From Candidatus Moanibacter sp. (GTDB lineage: Bacteria; Verrucomicrobiota; Verrucomicrobiia; Opitutales; UBA2987): a DNA stretch of 64,000 nt. Below the pieces are notes generated by a model. It was not told where the DNA came from. It was given only the letters and a program-made list of their open reading frames with translations, and did not search any database. The stretch lies in contig CBDCEW010000064.1 in NCBI GenBank assembly GCA_965215885.1, forward strand, positions 1 to 64,000. The letters are read 5' to 3'. The translations under genes were made by a program, and so were the position numbers. Below, one piece after another: positions 52,432 to 62,037 of this stretch; the stretch's first letter is position 1; every line of letters begins with the position of its first letter.

Positions 52432-53094
52432 TCATAATCGTCTGGCGAGCCAGAGTATTGCCCTGGCCAGAAAAGTCTGAAATCCATCATTGACGTAGGT
52501 CTCATTGTCGTGGCCGGACTGAAAACAGAGCACTCGCGCCTGGCTGAACTCTCGCGTCCACGCGATTGTCTTCATGCTCTTGGCATTATCCACGGTGAGC
52601 AGCACCTGATTGCCGTCAGACTCTTCCGCATCCCTCATGGTATAGGTTTCATCTACCATATCCCACGGTGATAGATCACGAGTAACGGGATGATCTCCAT
52701 CGCCAATATCAACACGCAATTCGATGCCGTGATGATACCCGAAGCTGCGATCCTTCATCCCAACCAGTTCGGACCAATGCTCCCATTGCGGATAAGCCAG
52801 AATGGCGTGGTGTAAGATGAGTATTCCCTGTTTGGTCCGACCCAAATGTTCCAACACCGCGCGAGCTCGTTGTTCCTGTTTACTCCCGTCCGCCGAAGGG
52901 ATCGGACGATGCATACTGTAAAATACCAGCACTTCGTAGTTGTCCCGATTTCGCGAATCTGCCGAAAATTCCTCCAGATTCTGGATATAGGGCTCCAATC
53001 CGGGTAGTTCCCGAAACATCGTGTGGAATCCAATTACGTCAAAGCCATGGCCTCCCACGATGACGGCTGTCTTGATCAAATCATTCGCTGCCAT
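52432..53094 (-). CDS. ThuA-like (class I glutamine amidotransferase-like) domain protein
   Basis: VGGHGFD, GILILHHA, HPVT, DETY, IAWTR and GHD. Confidence 0.82.
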   Translation of the reverse strand: MAANDLIKTAVIVGGHGFDVIGFHTMFRELPGLEPYIQNLEEFSADSRNRDNYEVLVFYSMHRPIPSADGSKQEQRARAVLEHLGRTKQGILILHHAILAYPQWEHWSELVGMKDRSFGYHHGIELRVDIGDGDHPVTRDLSPWDMVDETYTMRDAEESDGNQVLLTVDNAKSMKTIAWTREFSQARVLCFQSGHDNETYVNDGFQTFLARAILWLARRL

Positions 53095-53216
53095 TCTTAT
53101 TGGTCCTTGGATTCTTAATGAATTCCTCCAGTTGATTCACAATAACGCTCATCTGATTCCAGGTATATTTCCCTTGGACCGAACTAGCATTCTGTCGGAC
53201 AAAGTCTGACAGAATG

Positions 53217-53537
53217 CTAATGAATCACCGAACGACTCGTAGGAAGCATCCTGGTCACGACAATCCTTTCCCGATCAATGATCTCCCCGACTCGATCACT
53301 CAACTTCTCAGTCCAGTGCGGATCCTCGTAGACGGCCTTGTAAAGCTTCTCCCTCTCCTCCTCGTTCTCGAATCGTCGAATCCAAATATAGAGGTCCTCT
53401 TCCTCCTCCCCGACAAAGCTGCCGACTACGACCATCCCTCTTTCCACCTGGAATGGGATAATCTCGCCCTCCATGAATTTGACCCACTCGTCCATTCGAC
53501 CGTCTTTGATGCGATACTGTCTTAATTCGAAAAACAT
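53217..53537 (-). CDS. NIPSNAP family protein
   Basis: FFELRQY...YIWIRRF...S pattern, about 105 aa. Confidence 0.85.
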   Translation of the reverse strand: MFFELRQYRIKDGRMDEWVKFMEGEIIPFQVERGMVVVGSFVGEEEEDLYIWIRRFENEEEREKLYKAVYEDPHWTEKLSDRVGEIIDRERIVVTRMLPTSRSVIH

Positions 53538-53771
53538 CGTATAACCTTTCATTTTCCCGGATACGAAGTAACCGCTTCCCGGGAGAGCCCTTCGGTGTCG
53601 TTACTTTCCTCTCTTCGCCAATGAGTCAAAGACTCTCCGCAAGGTCAAGCTGTTCCCGATGAACTCACCTGAGAAGACCTCCTTCGGTGCCCCTTGCGAG
53701 AGAACCTTCCACACCGTCATACAACACCCTGTTCAATTCCAATCACCGCAAATCTTTATGATCCGATCGGA

Positions 53772-54200
53772 TCATTTTCCCGTTTTGAGGTAAGGAGCCG
53801 CATTCGCCAACTCGAGTCCCGGAATCCGCTCAAACTCCCCTTGATTGAGAGTCGCTAAACGGTGGCCCTGTGCGATGGCTGTAGCCCCTATCAGGAGATC
53901 ATGGGATCCAATCATTGTTCCTGCCGACTGAAGCTCAGCCCAAATCGAAGCGTGAACCCGAGCTGCAGTTAGATCAAAGGCAAAAACCGGAAACTCGGAG
54001 AGAATCGCCTCAACGTATTCTCGGCGACCTCGCTTGCGCTTTGGGGTATTCGCGCGCTCGACACCTTGAAGAAGCTCCGAGGCGGAAATACTGCTCAGAT
54101 AAGTTGCTTCAGTCGTGGCCTCTTGGGTGAGAAAATCCTTAATCGCAAAGCGTCGGCGTTCCGCGGCAATGAGGACCGACGTATCCAGGACTAATCCCAT
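53772..54200 (-). CDS. vapC: VapC PIN-domain toxin
   Basis: LVLDTSVLI, SELL, DLLIGATA and TLNQGEF. Confidence 0.92.
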   Translation of the reverse strand: MGLVLDTSVLIAAERRRFAIKDFLTQEATTEATYLSSISASELLQGVERANTPKRKRGRREYVEAILSEFPVFAFDLTAARVHASIWAELQSAGTMIGSHDLLIGATAIAQGHRLATLNQGEFERIPGLELANAAPYLKTGK

Positions 54201-54463
54201 CGATCCTGCGGGGCTCCCACAGAATCTCTCGCATCAGAAATATCTTTCGCGAATGATTCCGCCTCGCGCTTCGATAGGTGGGGAAGGGAATCCCATCGCT
54301 CGGCCAAGTCACAGCCCAATACCGTGTCACCTGCCACGGGCACGATTTTCGCCACAACTTCCCCCGAGCGAATCAACCTTGTCGATTCTCCGCGATAAAA
54401 GGCCCGATTAATGAGGTCGGAGAAATTTCGAGCTGCTTCAGTGACTGTGAGAGTACGCTCCAT
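54191..54463 (-). CDS. Phd/YefM family antitoxin
   Basis: LTVTEAARNFSDLINR...RSGEVVAKIVP; overlaps vapC. Confidence 0.9.
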   Translation of the reverse strand: MERTLTVTEAARNFSDLINRAFYRGESTRLIRSGEVVAKIVPVAGDTVLGCDLAERWDSLPHLSKREAESFAKDISDARDSVGAPQDRWD

Positions 54464-54600
54464 ATGATTTTAAGATAATCATATAATATGCGAGATGTCC
54501 ACTCTGCCACTTTTCTAATCTTACTAGGCCATAGGCAGCAATATTCGCGATCTCACTACAAAGTGTGTGACACAATAGCCAAATTCGGTGGCAACACCAT

Positions 54601-54665
54601 CGAAATGCTCCCGCATTCCGCTACATCCTTCGATTCGGAACGTAGCGGAATGCGGGAGCATTTCG
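54601..54665. repeat. REPIN-like doublet, family A copy 4
   Basis: Perfect 24-bp IR CGAAATGCTCCCGCATTCCGCTAC / GTAGCGGAATGCGGGAGCATTTCG. Confidence 0.85.
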
Positions 54666-54921
54666 TCCTGCCGTTGCCATAAGTTTCGTTCTTGTGTGAT
54701 CCACCAAGTGTCAGCCCACCGGTGGCCGCGCCGATGGAAGATTTCTCTGTCCTCGTGGTTTTTCCAAGAAATAATTCGCGCAATTTCGGGGAAATTGCAA
54801 AGGTGAAACACAAGCGAATGGTATTGCCAACGATCGCCCCTACCCATTCAGGTTCAGGTTTCCGTCGGCGGCTAATGTGTCATTGATATCGATAAATCGG
54901 CTCATACGAGATTCAATTGCT

Positions 54922-56670
54922 ATGCGGATGACATCATTGACCTTGTTCATCCTTTCTACCCTGGCCGCTACATCGAGCGCCGTCGAGGAGCGAGCGTTGG
55001 TATTCATCAATGGCCTGATTCGGACGATGGACGCGCGCGGTACCATCGCTGAAGCGGTCGCGGTCGAGTCCGGCAGGATCGTCAACTTGGGAGAGCGGGC
55101 CGAGGTGGAGCGGGCAGTTGCCGGGCCGGCGCGTATAATCGATATGTGTGGAGGCGTCCTTTTCCCCGGATTTACCGATGCTCACACGCACCCGGTGACC
55201 GGCGGGTCCGGATTGCTGGAGCTATCCTTTACCGATAAAGACGGGGCGGCGGCGATAAAGAAAAAGTTGAAAGATTACGCCTCAGCGAATCCCGATCTTG
55301 AGTGGATTTCCGGCATCGGGTGGTCGCTCAAACAATTCTCTAACGGAAACCCAAAGAAATCGGTAATTGACGATGCTGTAGCCGATCGACCTGTCGTTTT
55401 AATCGATTCAAACCATCACAGCGCATGGGCCAACTCGGAGGCACTGCACAGAGCAGGAATCACGAGCAGCACCCCGGATCCATTTAACGGAAGTATCGAA
55501 CGCGATCCCCACACCGGCGAACCTTCGGGTACCCTCCGCGAGTCCGCGCAGAGGCTCGTGCTGGACCTCGTTCCTGCTCCTACTTCCAGGCAATACGAGA
55601 ATCGGCTGCGCGCGGGTCTCGAATATGAAAACTCCAATGGCTACACAGCGTTTATAGATGCGAGCACGCAGTTCGGCGGGGAAGAGGAAGCCTACCTTCA
55701 ACTCGCCCGGCGGGGCGAACTAACGGCGCGCGTGCTGCTAGCCCTGAAGCCTGATAATATCAGTCTCGATGAAAAGATGGAGCCGCACGACATCGATCGG
55801 GTGGTGGCAGCTTTAGCAAGGCGCCGGACAGCGTTGACAAGGGAAACTGTTGCAATGCTGTCCGCCAACATGGTGAAGGTTTTCCTTGATGGCGGCCTCG
55901 AGAGTTGCACGGCGGCTTTTCTCGAGCCTTACGCCGACGCCGGGTGCGGTCCGGGGCACGTCGGTGCTCTGACGATCCGCGAGTCCGTGCTGAATGCCTA
56001 TGTCAGCGCGCTCCACGGCGCGGGATTTCAAGTACATTTCCATTCCATTGGAGACCGCACGACGCGGGCAGCATTAAACGCGATAAGACAGGCTGAGTCA
56101 CCACTGCGGAGAGGAAGCATCGACAGACGCCACACTATATCCCACCTGCAGTTTGTTCATCCCGAAGATGCCCCACGGTTTAAATCCCTTGGGGTCTTTC
56201 CGAATATTCAAGCGCTGTGGGCATTTCCCTATGACCATTCGATGGACCCATTTGTGGACACGAAAATCGGGAAGTGGCTCTACCCGTTTCGAACGCTTCG
56301 CGACGCCGGAGCGGTCATCGTCTCAGGTTCGGACTGGCCCGTATCGACAGCCAATCCGTTTCACGCCATGGAGGTGGCGGTGCTTCGCAAAGACCAATCC
56401 AATCCCAGAGGCCGAGTCCTGCTGCCGGAGCAATCGATTGACGTCGAGGACGTAATGCGGGCGCTCACCGTGAACGGCGCGAAACTGATGCGCCAGGAGG
56501 ACATTCGTGGCACAATTGAGGTCGGCAAAGCGGGCGACCTGGTCCTGTTGGACAGGGATCCGTATTCGGTTGAACCACATGATCTCTCCGAGATCCGCGT
56601 AAACCTGACGGTCTTCGACGGTCGGATCGTTTATCAGCGAGAGGACTTTCGGTTGCCCAAAGCCAATTGA
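54922..56670 (+). CDS. Secreted YtcJ-like amidohydrolase (Amidohydro_3)
   Basis: Signal-like N-terminus; PGFTDAHTH, KVFLDG, HSIGD, HTISH, GSDWP and GTIEVGKAGDLVLLD. Confidence 0.9.
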   Translation: MRMTSLTLFILSTLAATSSAVEERALVFINGLIRTMDARGTIAEAVAVESGRIVNLGERAEVERAVAGPARIIDMCGGVLFPGFTDAHTHPVTGGSGLLELSFTDKDGAAAIKKKLKDYASANPDLEWISGIGWSLKQFSNGNPKKSVIDDAVADRPVVLIDSNHHSAWANSEALHRAGITSSTPDPFNGSIERDPHTGEPSGTLRESAQRLVLDLVPAPTSRQYENRLRAGLEYENSNGYTAFIDASTQFGGEEEAYLQLARRGELTARVLLALKPDNISLDEKMEPHDIDRVVAALARRRTALTRETVAMLSANMVKVFLDGGLESCTAAFLEPYADAGCGPGHVGALTIRESVLNAYVSALHGAGFQVHFHSIGDRTTRAALNAIRQAESPLRRGSIDRRHTISHLQFVHPEDAPRFKSLGVFPNIQALWAFPYDHSMDPFVDTKIGKWLYPFRTLRDAGAVIVSGSDWPVSTANPFHAMEVAVLRKDQSNPRGRVLLPEQSIDVEDVMRALTVNGAKLMRQEDIRGTIEVGKAGDLVLLDRDPYSVEPHDLSEIRVNLTVFDGRIVYQREDFRLPKAN

Positions 56671-56940
56671 GTGAGGAGGGAAGTGAAGATGCCCACGAAA
56701 GACGCGAAAAGCGCGAGAGAGTCTAACCCACTGATGCAGTAGCCATACCATTGTTCCATGCGGTGATCCATCGATGAAGGAGGAAAGTTCAACAGAGCCT
56801 CTATTCAATCTGAGGAGCATGGGTCACTGGCAGGCACAGTGGTATGGGGCGCAGCCCACCGTGGGATAAATCCCAAAAAAGAAATCTCGCCAATCATCTT
56901 CGCCCGCGGCCGAACGCACCTTGATATACATAGAAGCTAC

Positions 56941-58902
56941 TTACTTAGATGCTTCAGGAAGATCGAGTGCCGGGTTGCGAGAGAAGAAATTAAAGGCGCG
57001 CAGTTCAAATTCGTTCCAAGTTAGCGGCATGACTGGCCAGTCTTCGGAGCGGACCACATGGTGAAAACCCAATGTGTACCAAACCACGATATCGGTATTC
57101 ATAATCCCGCGGTTTGCCGCGGTCCATTTGGGCAGGCCTTCTCCTGGCCGGCTCTGATTCGGGTAGTCGCCGGCGGCATAACGCTCGTCATCCCGGTAGG
57201 GCGTGACCCAGAGATGGTACCCTGTGAAGGCGGCGCGCTGCTGGGGAAAGTCGTCGGAATGCAATAGAGGAAGGGCGTTACCTCTCGGCTTGATAGCGTA
57301 ACCGACGGGATAGCCGGCAGGTTGGGTAATGTCCGGATTGATCACTCGCCAAAGCGACGGCTTCTCGAGGTCAATACGGAGGCGCGCATCCCATTCATTG
57401 TCAGCGATCTGAGGCTCCACCACCCACAGGCTCCGGCGGGGATTCTCTTCCGGCAGAAGATGAGTACGAAGATGCCCCAGGGCAAAACTGTTAGCCTCGC
57501 CGTCGATATCAAAATCGAGCCGGAAGTTGAAGAAGTGATCGTGGTTAATGGCCACGAGATGATCGTCGACATATCTTCCATAGGCGTCAGCGCGGTTCGG
57601 CGCCGCGGAACCCGGTCCCTGGACGGGAACGGCGCTAACCGCGACCACTCCGGTCGAGCCGACGGCGATTCGTATGGTACCGTCCTGTTGGAATATCCAA
57701 TCGAGGATATAGTCGTAGTTGCCCAGCGTAGCCACCGTTCTCACCACGAGCTCTCGGCTGGGGCGACTCTCCGCCTCGTCGCTCGCAAAGTCGTAATGCC
57801 GCCAGGCGGGATTTCCCGCGGTGCGCTCGAATATTGCGCAGACCGCGGAATACACTTCAGGCTCGCCCGAATTACCGGCCAGTGTCGCGTCAAAAAGTGT
57901 TGCGTCAGGCGGACAGTCGAGCCCGGGTTTCAGAGTACTGAGAGACATACCGAGGCCGTAATCGCCAATGTCGAAATAAGTGCGGGAATACCAGCCGGCG
58001 GACGGCTCCATGTAGGGCACGAAGAGCTCGGAAAGGGATGCTTCGTATAGAACCATGCGGTATTCTCCTTTGTCCTGATATTGGATTAGAGAAAGGACCA
58101 GTCCAACGCGGGAATCGATTCGGTGATTGAATAGCCAGTTCTGCCACTGAATGAACTGCCCTGAAACGGTGAAGCCCGGGCCGTCCGGTTGGTAAAGCGA
58201 AAGCCGCGTCGGTATTTCGCGCAGCGTTCCAACACTCTCCTCGTCGAAGTCTGCTTCTGCATCTGGTATCGGGACGACTCCGGTATCGACCATCCTGACG
58301 ACCTCACCTGAGTCGAGGTCGACGATGATAAATACACCCTCGATGGGACGCCCCCAGAAATTCGTTTTCTCCCTCGCGTCATAGCTGACTGCATGGAGAA
58401 GCCGGCGTCCCGATTCCTCCGGCGATCCATAATAACCCGCCGAGTAATGAACATTGCGAATCTCATCAAAGGAGGCAAATCCACGCTTTCGCATGGCGTC
58501 CTGCCACGGTGGATGACTCTTTATTATCGCATCCGCCCTTCCATAATCGCGAAGAATGATGCGCGATTGGACATCGGGCACAACTTCACGCCGCAGTACT
58601 CTCCCCGCATCCAAGTCGACTGTCCCCTCATAGACCTTCTGATTCTCGCGAAGCGCGAAAAATGCTCCCCGCGGCACCGGATCGCCTTCCCGCCATTCGA
58701 GCACTGTGTTTTTTAGCGGGGGCTCCAACGAAAGATAGACGAAGTCGACCTCCCCGGCCCGGTCCTTACCTTCCAAAATTATCGAACGCGCCGTTGAAAT
58801 CTCTCCGGCGGTCAGGGCATCGAGCGGGTGGGTAGCCGCTGCTCCGAGGGGTAGAGACAGCATGAGCGCCCAAACGAACAGCATCCGCTCTATGAGTAGC
58901 AT
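56941..58902 (-). CDS. tynA: Copper-containing primary amine oxidase (TPQ-dependent), secreted
   Basis: HPLDAL start of the mature protein, TLGNYDY (TPQ tyrosine), NHDHFF and GFHH copper ligands, EDWPVMP; signal peptide from about 58902. Confidence 0.93.
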   Translation of the reverse strand: MLLIERMLFVWALMLSLPLGAAATHPLDALTAGEISTARSIILEGKDRAGEVDFVYLSLEPPLKNTVLEWREGDPVPRGAFFALRENQKVYEGTVDLDAGRVLRREVVPDVQSRIILRDYGRADAIIKSHPPWQDAMRKRGFASFDEIRNVHYSAGYYGSPEESGRRLLHAVSYDAREKTNFWGRPIEGVFIIVDLDSGEVVRMVDTGVVPIPDAEADFDEESVGTLREIPTRLSLYQPDGPGFTVSGQFIQWQNWLFNHRIDSRVGLVLSLIQYQDKGEYRMVLYEASLSELFVPYMEPSAGWYSRTYFDIGDYGLGMSLSTLKPGLDCPPDATLFDATLAGNSGEPEVYSAVCAIFERTAGNPAWRHYDFASDEAESRPSRELVVRTVATLGNYDYILDWIFQQDGTIRIAVGSTGVVAVSAVPVQGPGSAAPNRADAYGRYVDDHLVAINHDHFFNFRLDFDIDGEANSFALGHLRTHLLPEENPRRSLWVVEPQIADNEWDARLRIDLEKPSLWRVINPDITQPAGYPVGYAIKPRGNALPLLHSDDFPQQRAAFTGYHLWVTPYRDDERYAAGDYPNQSRPGEGLPKWTAANRGIMNTDIVVWYTLGFHHVVRSEDWPVMPLTWNEFELRAFNFFSRNPALDLPEASK

Positions 58903-59084
58903 TCGAGAATTTGCAGATGACGGCAAAAGCCGAAGCCGTTTGAGTGGATAGAAAGCACAGGTCAGTGAAACCTCACAGTTCCTCTTAGCCAATGAAAACT
59001 CCCCGTCCCGGCATGCCGCGGACGGTGTATCTAACTCTTTCGCCAATAGGTCCATATTTGCCTTTGCTCACTACGAAGTTGAAA

Positions 59085-59156
59085 CAAACGTCCCCGGAGG
59101 GGCCGTTCCACCACTAATATCCTTGCTACTGGTGGATCGGGCGCTCCGCGCACGAT
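59085..59156. repeat. Dispersed REP-like doublet, family C copy 2
   Basis: Matches 31373-31443. Confidence 0.85.
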
Positions 59157-59222
59157 GAGGCTTGAAAAAGTCAGCGACGCCGTCCCGGCATGCCGGGACG
59201 GAGAATTACCATGTAAAAGCAA

Positions 59223-60266
59223 TCAACTATCCTCCGGCCTTACCGCCGCCGCCCCCATCGGATGAGGTCCATTGGTCACCGGGTTAGCCCGGGCATGGTC
59301 GTAGACAGCGTCCTGAACCTCAAGGATGCGCACGGCGTCGAGGATATTCGTCTCGGCAGCTCGGCCCTCCTCGATGGCGGTTAAACAATCACTAACTACG
59401 TTACGAAATCGATCGCCGTGCCCGAGGTCCTCACTGAATTCGACGCCGGCGGACGTGTTAACTTCGATAAGGGGTTCACCGTTCTTACCGTAGAAAGCGA
59501 ACACCGAAGCCTTCGTTCCAACGAATCTAAAGAAATGATCGCCGCTACGCCCACCCGGGGGAAAGGTGTAACCGGACTCAATGATCCCGGTCACACCGTC
59601 GTCACTTCGCAGCATTCCCACAGCGCTGTCTTCGATCTCGCGACCGTAGATGGCATTTGACATAACGGCACCCACTACGCTCACCGGTTGGTCGCCCACA
59701 AACTGTAGATAGGTATCAATTCCGTGCGCGCCTTCCGTCGCCCAGCAGCCGCCTCCGGAAATTGACGGATCGTTGTGCCAGGCAGAGGGCGTCTCGTCGT
59801 AGCGCATCGGCGAGCCATTGTTCAGCCGGCTGCTGTAGAGAACCAGTTTTCCGAAACTGCCGTCAGCCACCATTTCTTTGACAACGGTAACGATCCGGCT
59901 GGTGCGATCAGGGAGAGTCAGAGCGCTGAAGACGCCGTGCTTTTCTGAGGCTTCCGCCACCGGTCGGAGACGGGCAGCGCAATCGGCGAACGGCTTGTCC
60001 ACTAAGTACGGGATACGCCGATCCACGCAGGCCTGAATATGAGATGGAATCTCTATATGCTTCCCCGAAACGAGGGCCGCGTCAGGCTTGACTGCGTCGA
60101 GACATGCTCTCGCCGTCTCGAAACCGGGGCACCCGAACTCGCTCTCCAGCTGTTCGCGCGGGCCCTCTTCTCCATCCATGACACCCACAATCTCATTCCC
60201 AAGACCGAACGCCGTCCGGCCCATACTCCTTCCGTGGTGACTGTAAGAAAGAACGACCAGTTTCAT
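59223..60266 (-). CDS. Gfo/Idh/MocA family oxidoreductase
   Basis: VDKPFA, SGGGCWATEGAHGID and EDSA. Confidence 0.85.
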   Translation of the reverse strand: MKLVVLSYSHHGRSMGRTAFGLGNEIVGVMDGEEGPREQLESEFGCPGFETARACLDAVKPDAALVSGKHIEIPSHIQACVDRRIPYLVDKPFADCAARLRPVAEASEKHGVFSALTLPDRTSRIVTVVKEMVADGSFGKLVLYSSRLNNGSPMRYDETPSAWHNDPSISGGGCWATEGAHGIDTYLQFVGDQPVSVVGAVMSNAIYGREIEDSAVGMLRSDDGVTGIIESGYTFPPGGRSGDHFFRFVGTKASVFAFYGKNGEPLIEVNTSAGVEFSEDLGHGDRFRNVVSDCLTAIEEGRAAETNILDAVRILEVQDAVYDHARANPVTNGPHPMGAAAVRPEDS

Positions 60267-60523
60267 GCTCTTACCTCTTCTAACCCGCTTGTTTCACACA
60301 ATTCAGAAGCGTGGATGGCAAGGACCGAGCGAAATCCCGTGCGGGCGCGCACTACTGTGCGTAACCGCGCGGGATTTCCGCGAGAACGCAGCCACGCCGC
60401 GCTTGTGGATGTGAGCTTTGGCGCAACCTCGAGCGAAGACACTCTGTATCTCTCCCAGTAATCGCAATCCATTCGTAACCATCTACTTAACTCCGTTTGC
60501 GCCAAAGCGGTGAAATTTATGGG

Positions 60524-61576
60524 TTAAATCCAGCCATGTTTGGTCGTTACCGGCGTGCCGGAGGACTGGTGGAACCAGCCGGGACCGCTCGCCAGCACTA
60601 CTTCCCGACCGGTGACCGACGATTCCTCAGCGGCAAATAGAATCTCCATGATGTGGCGTCCCCACTCTCCCGATGCCGGGGGTTCGAGCCCTTGCCGGAT
60701 CGCCTCCGCAAAACTCTTCCATTCGTGATGCATCGGTGTCGGAGGATCGTCAAACGGCACATCATCCCATTTATCGCCCTTACCGATCTTGACGTATTTC
60801 TCGCCATGTTCGCTGAACCTTAAGGTCCCGTTGGCGCAGATCACCTCACAATCAAAATTTGGGGCGCCGTCAGCATAGCCGACCGACACAGCCACGCCGC
60901 CAAGGCCGTTCTTGTAGCGAACGAAGACGGTGGCGGAATCGTCGCCCGCCTGGTAGTGGGCTCTGGTTCCGACGACAGCCGACACCGACACCGCCTGCGA
61001 CGCCATCACCCAGGTGAGGCGATCAACCACGTGGACGCCGTTGGCGAGCAACATGCCGCCACCGTGGTAGCGATTTCGATACTGGGGGGGACGCTGTGAA
61101 TAATTCCACTGCTTGGACATGTAGGAGACAGCCGTAATCAGCGGACCCAATTCGCCCGAATCGAGGATCTCCTTCGCCTTCAGGCTGGTGCCGTAGAAGT
61201 GCTGTGACTGTCCGACCATGAGTTTTACGTTGTTGGCCGCCGCAGCGGCGATCATATCGTCGCACTGCCCGAGGCTTAACGCCATCGGCTTTTCTACCAG
61301 TACGTGCTTGCCGGCGTTACAGGCGTCCACCGTTAGCCGATGATGGAGTTGGTGACCCAGAACAACCCCCACCGCATCGATTTCCTCGTCAGCCAGCAGT
61401 TCGGTGTGCGAGGTATACCCCTTTGGGATGTTGTACCCATCCATGAACTCACGCCGCTTCTCCTCGAAGAGGTCGGCTACCGCCACGACCTCGAGGTCCT
61501 CCAGCGTCGCGATCGCGCTACAATGTGCGCGGGCGATTCCTCCCAACCCAATAATTCCTACCTTTAGTGTGCTCAA
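60524..61576 (-). CDS. Gfo/Idh/MocA family oxidoreductase
   Basis: GIIGLGGI, AGKHVLVEKPMA and GGGMLLANGVHVVD. Confidence 0.92.
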   Translation of the reverse strand: MSTLKVGIIGLGGIARAHCSAIATLEDLEVVAVADLFEEKRREFMDGYNIPKGYTSHTELLADEEIDAVGVVLGHQLHHRLTVDACNAGKHVLVEKPMALSLGQCDDMIAAAAANNVKLMVGQSQHFYGTSLKAKEILDSGELGPLITAVSYMSKQWNYSQRPPQYRNRYHGGGMLLANGVHVVDRLTWVMASQAVSVSAVVGTRAHYQAGDDSATVFVRYKNGLGGVAVSVGYADGAPNFDCEVICANGTLRFSEHGEKYVKIGKGDKWDDVPFDDPPTPMHHEWKSFAEAIRQGLEPPASGEWGRHIMEILFAAEESSVTGREVVLASGPGWFHQSSGTPVTTKHGWI

Positions 61577-61669
61577 TCTGCCTTAACCCTCCTACCTGTT
61601 ATTGTTAATTCCCCTAATCAATTGGCTTCTCAACACGATGTCTGCAACTCATTAAGTGTTGAAGGTCGA

Positions 61670-61858
61670 CTAGCCCGGACATTTCACACACTTCGTAGCG
61701 AGACTGTCCCGGCGTGCCGGGACTGAGTATCAGTGCCTTTCCGCAGCACGGCGGGCGACAGCGTGTTAGAACTCTCTGAGGTCGCCGGGCAAGGGAAGGC
61801 TTTGATACGCAGTGACATCCGCAGTCGTAGCAGAAGGTTTGTGAAATGTTCGGGCTAG
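61670..61858. mobile_element. MITE of about 190 bp, CTAG-flanked, copy 1
   Basis: CTAG-CCCGGACATTTCACA ... TGTGAAATGTTCGGG-CTAG; homologous copy at 63814-64000. Confidence 0.85.
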
Positions 61859-62037
61859 AGATCACTTTCCGATGTCGAAGCTGTACTTTACGTCCCCGCC
61901 AGCTTTTCCTTTTGCCTTGAGAGGCCGTCCCGAATCAGATGATATCTCAGACCCATCAGAAATTGCTCTTAGTGTCAGAATCGAGGATTCTATTAACGGA
62001 ATCCCATCATTCGCCAAACCGATAGCCAAGCAGAGTT

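Noticed and set aside
60263..60505. 80-aa ORF between the two Gfo/Idh/MocA genes
   Set aside because: No motif and no clear supporting signal; likely spurious.
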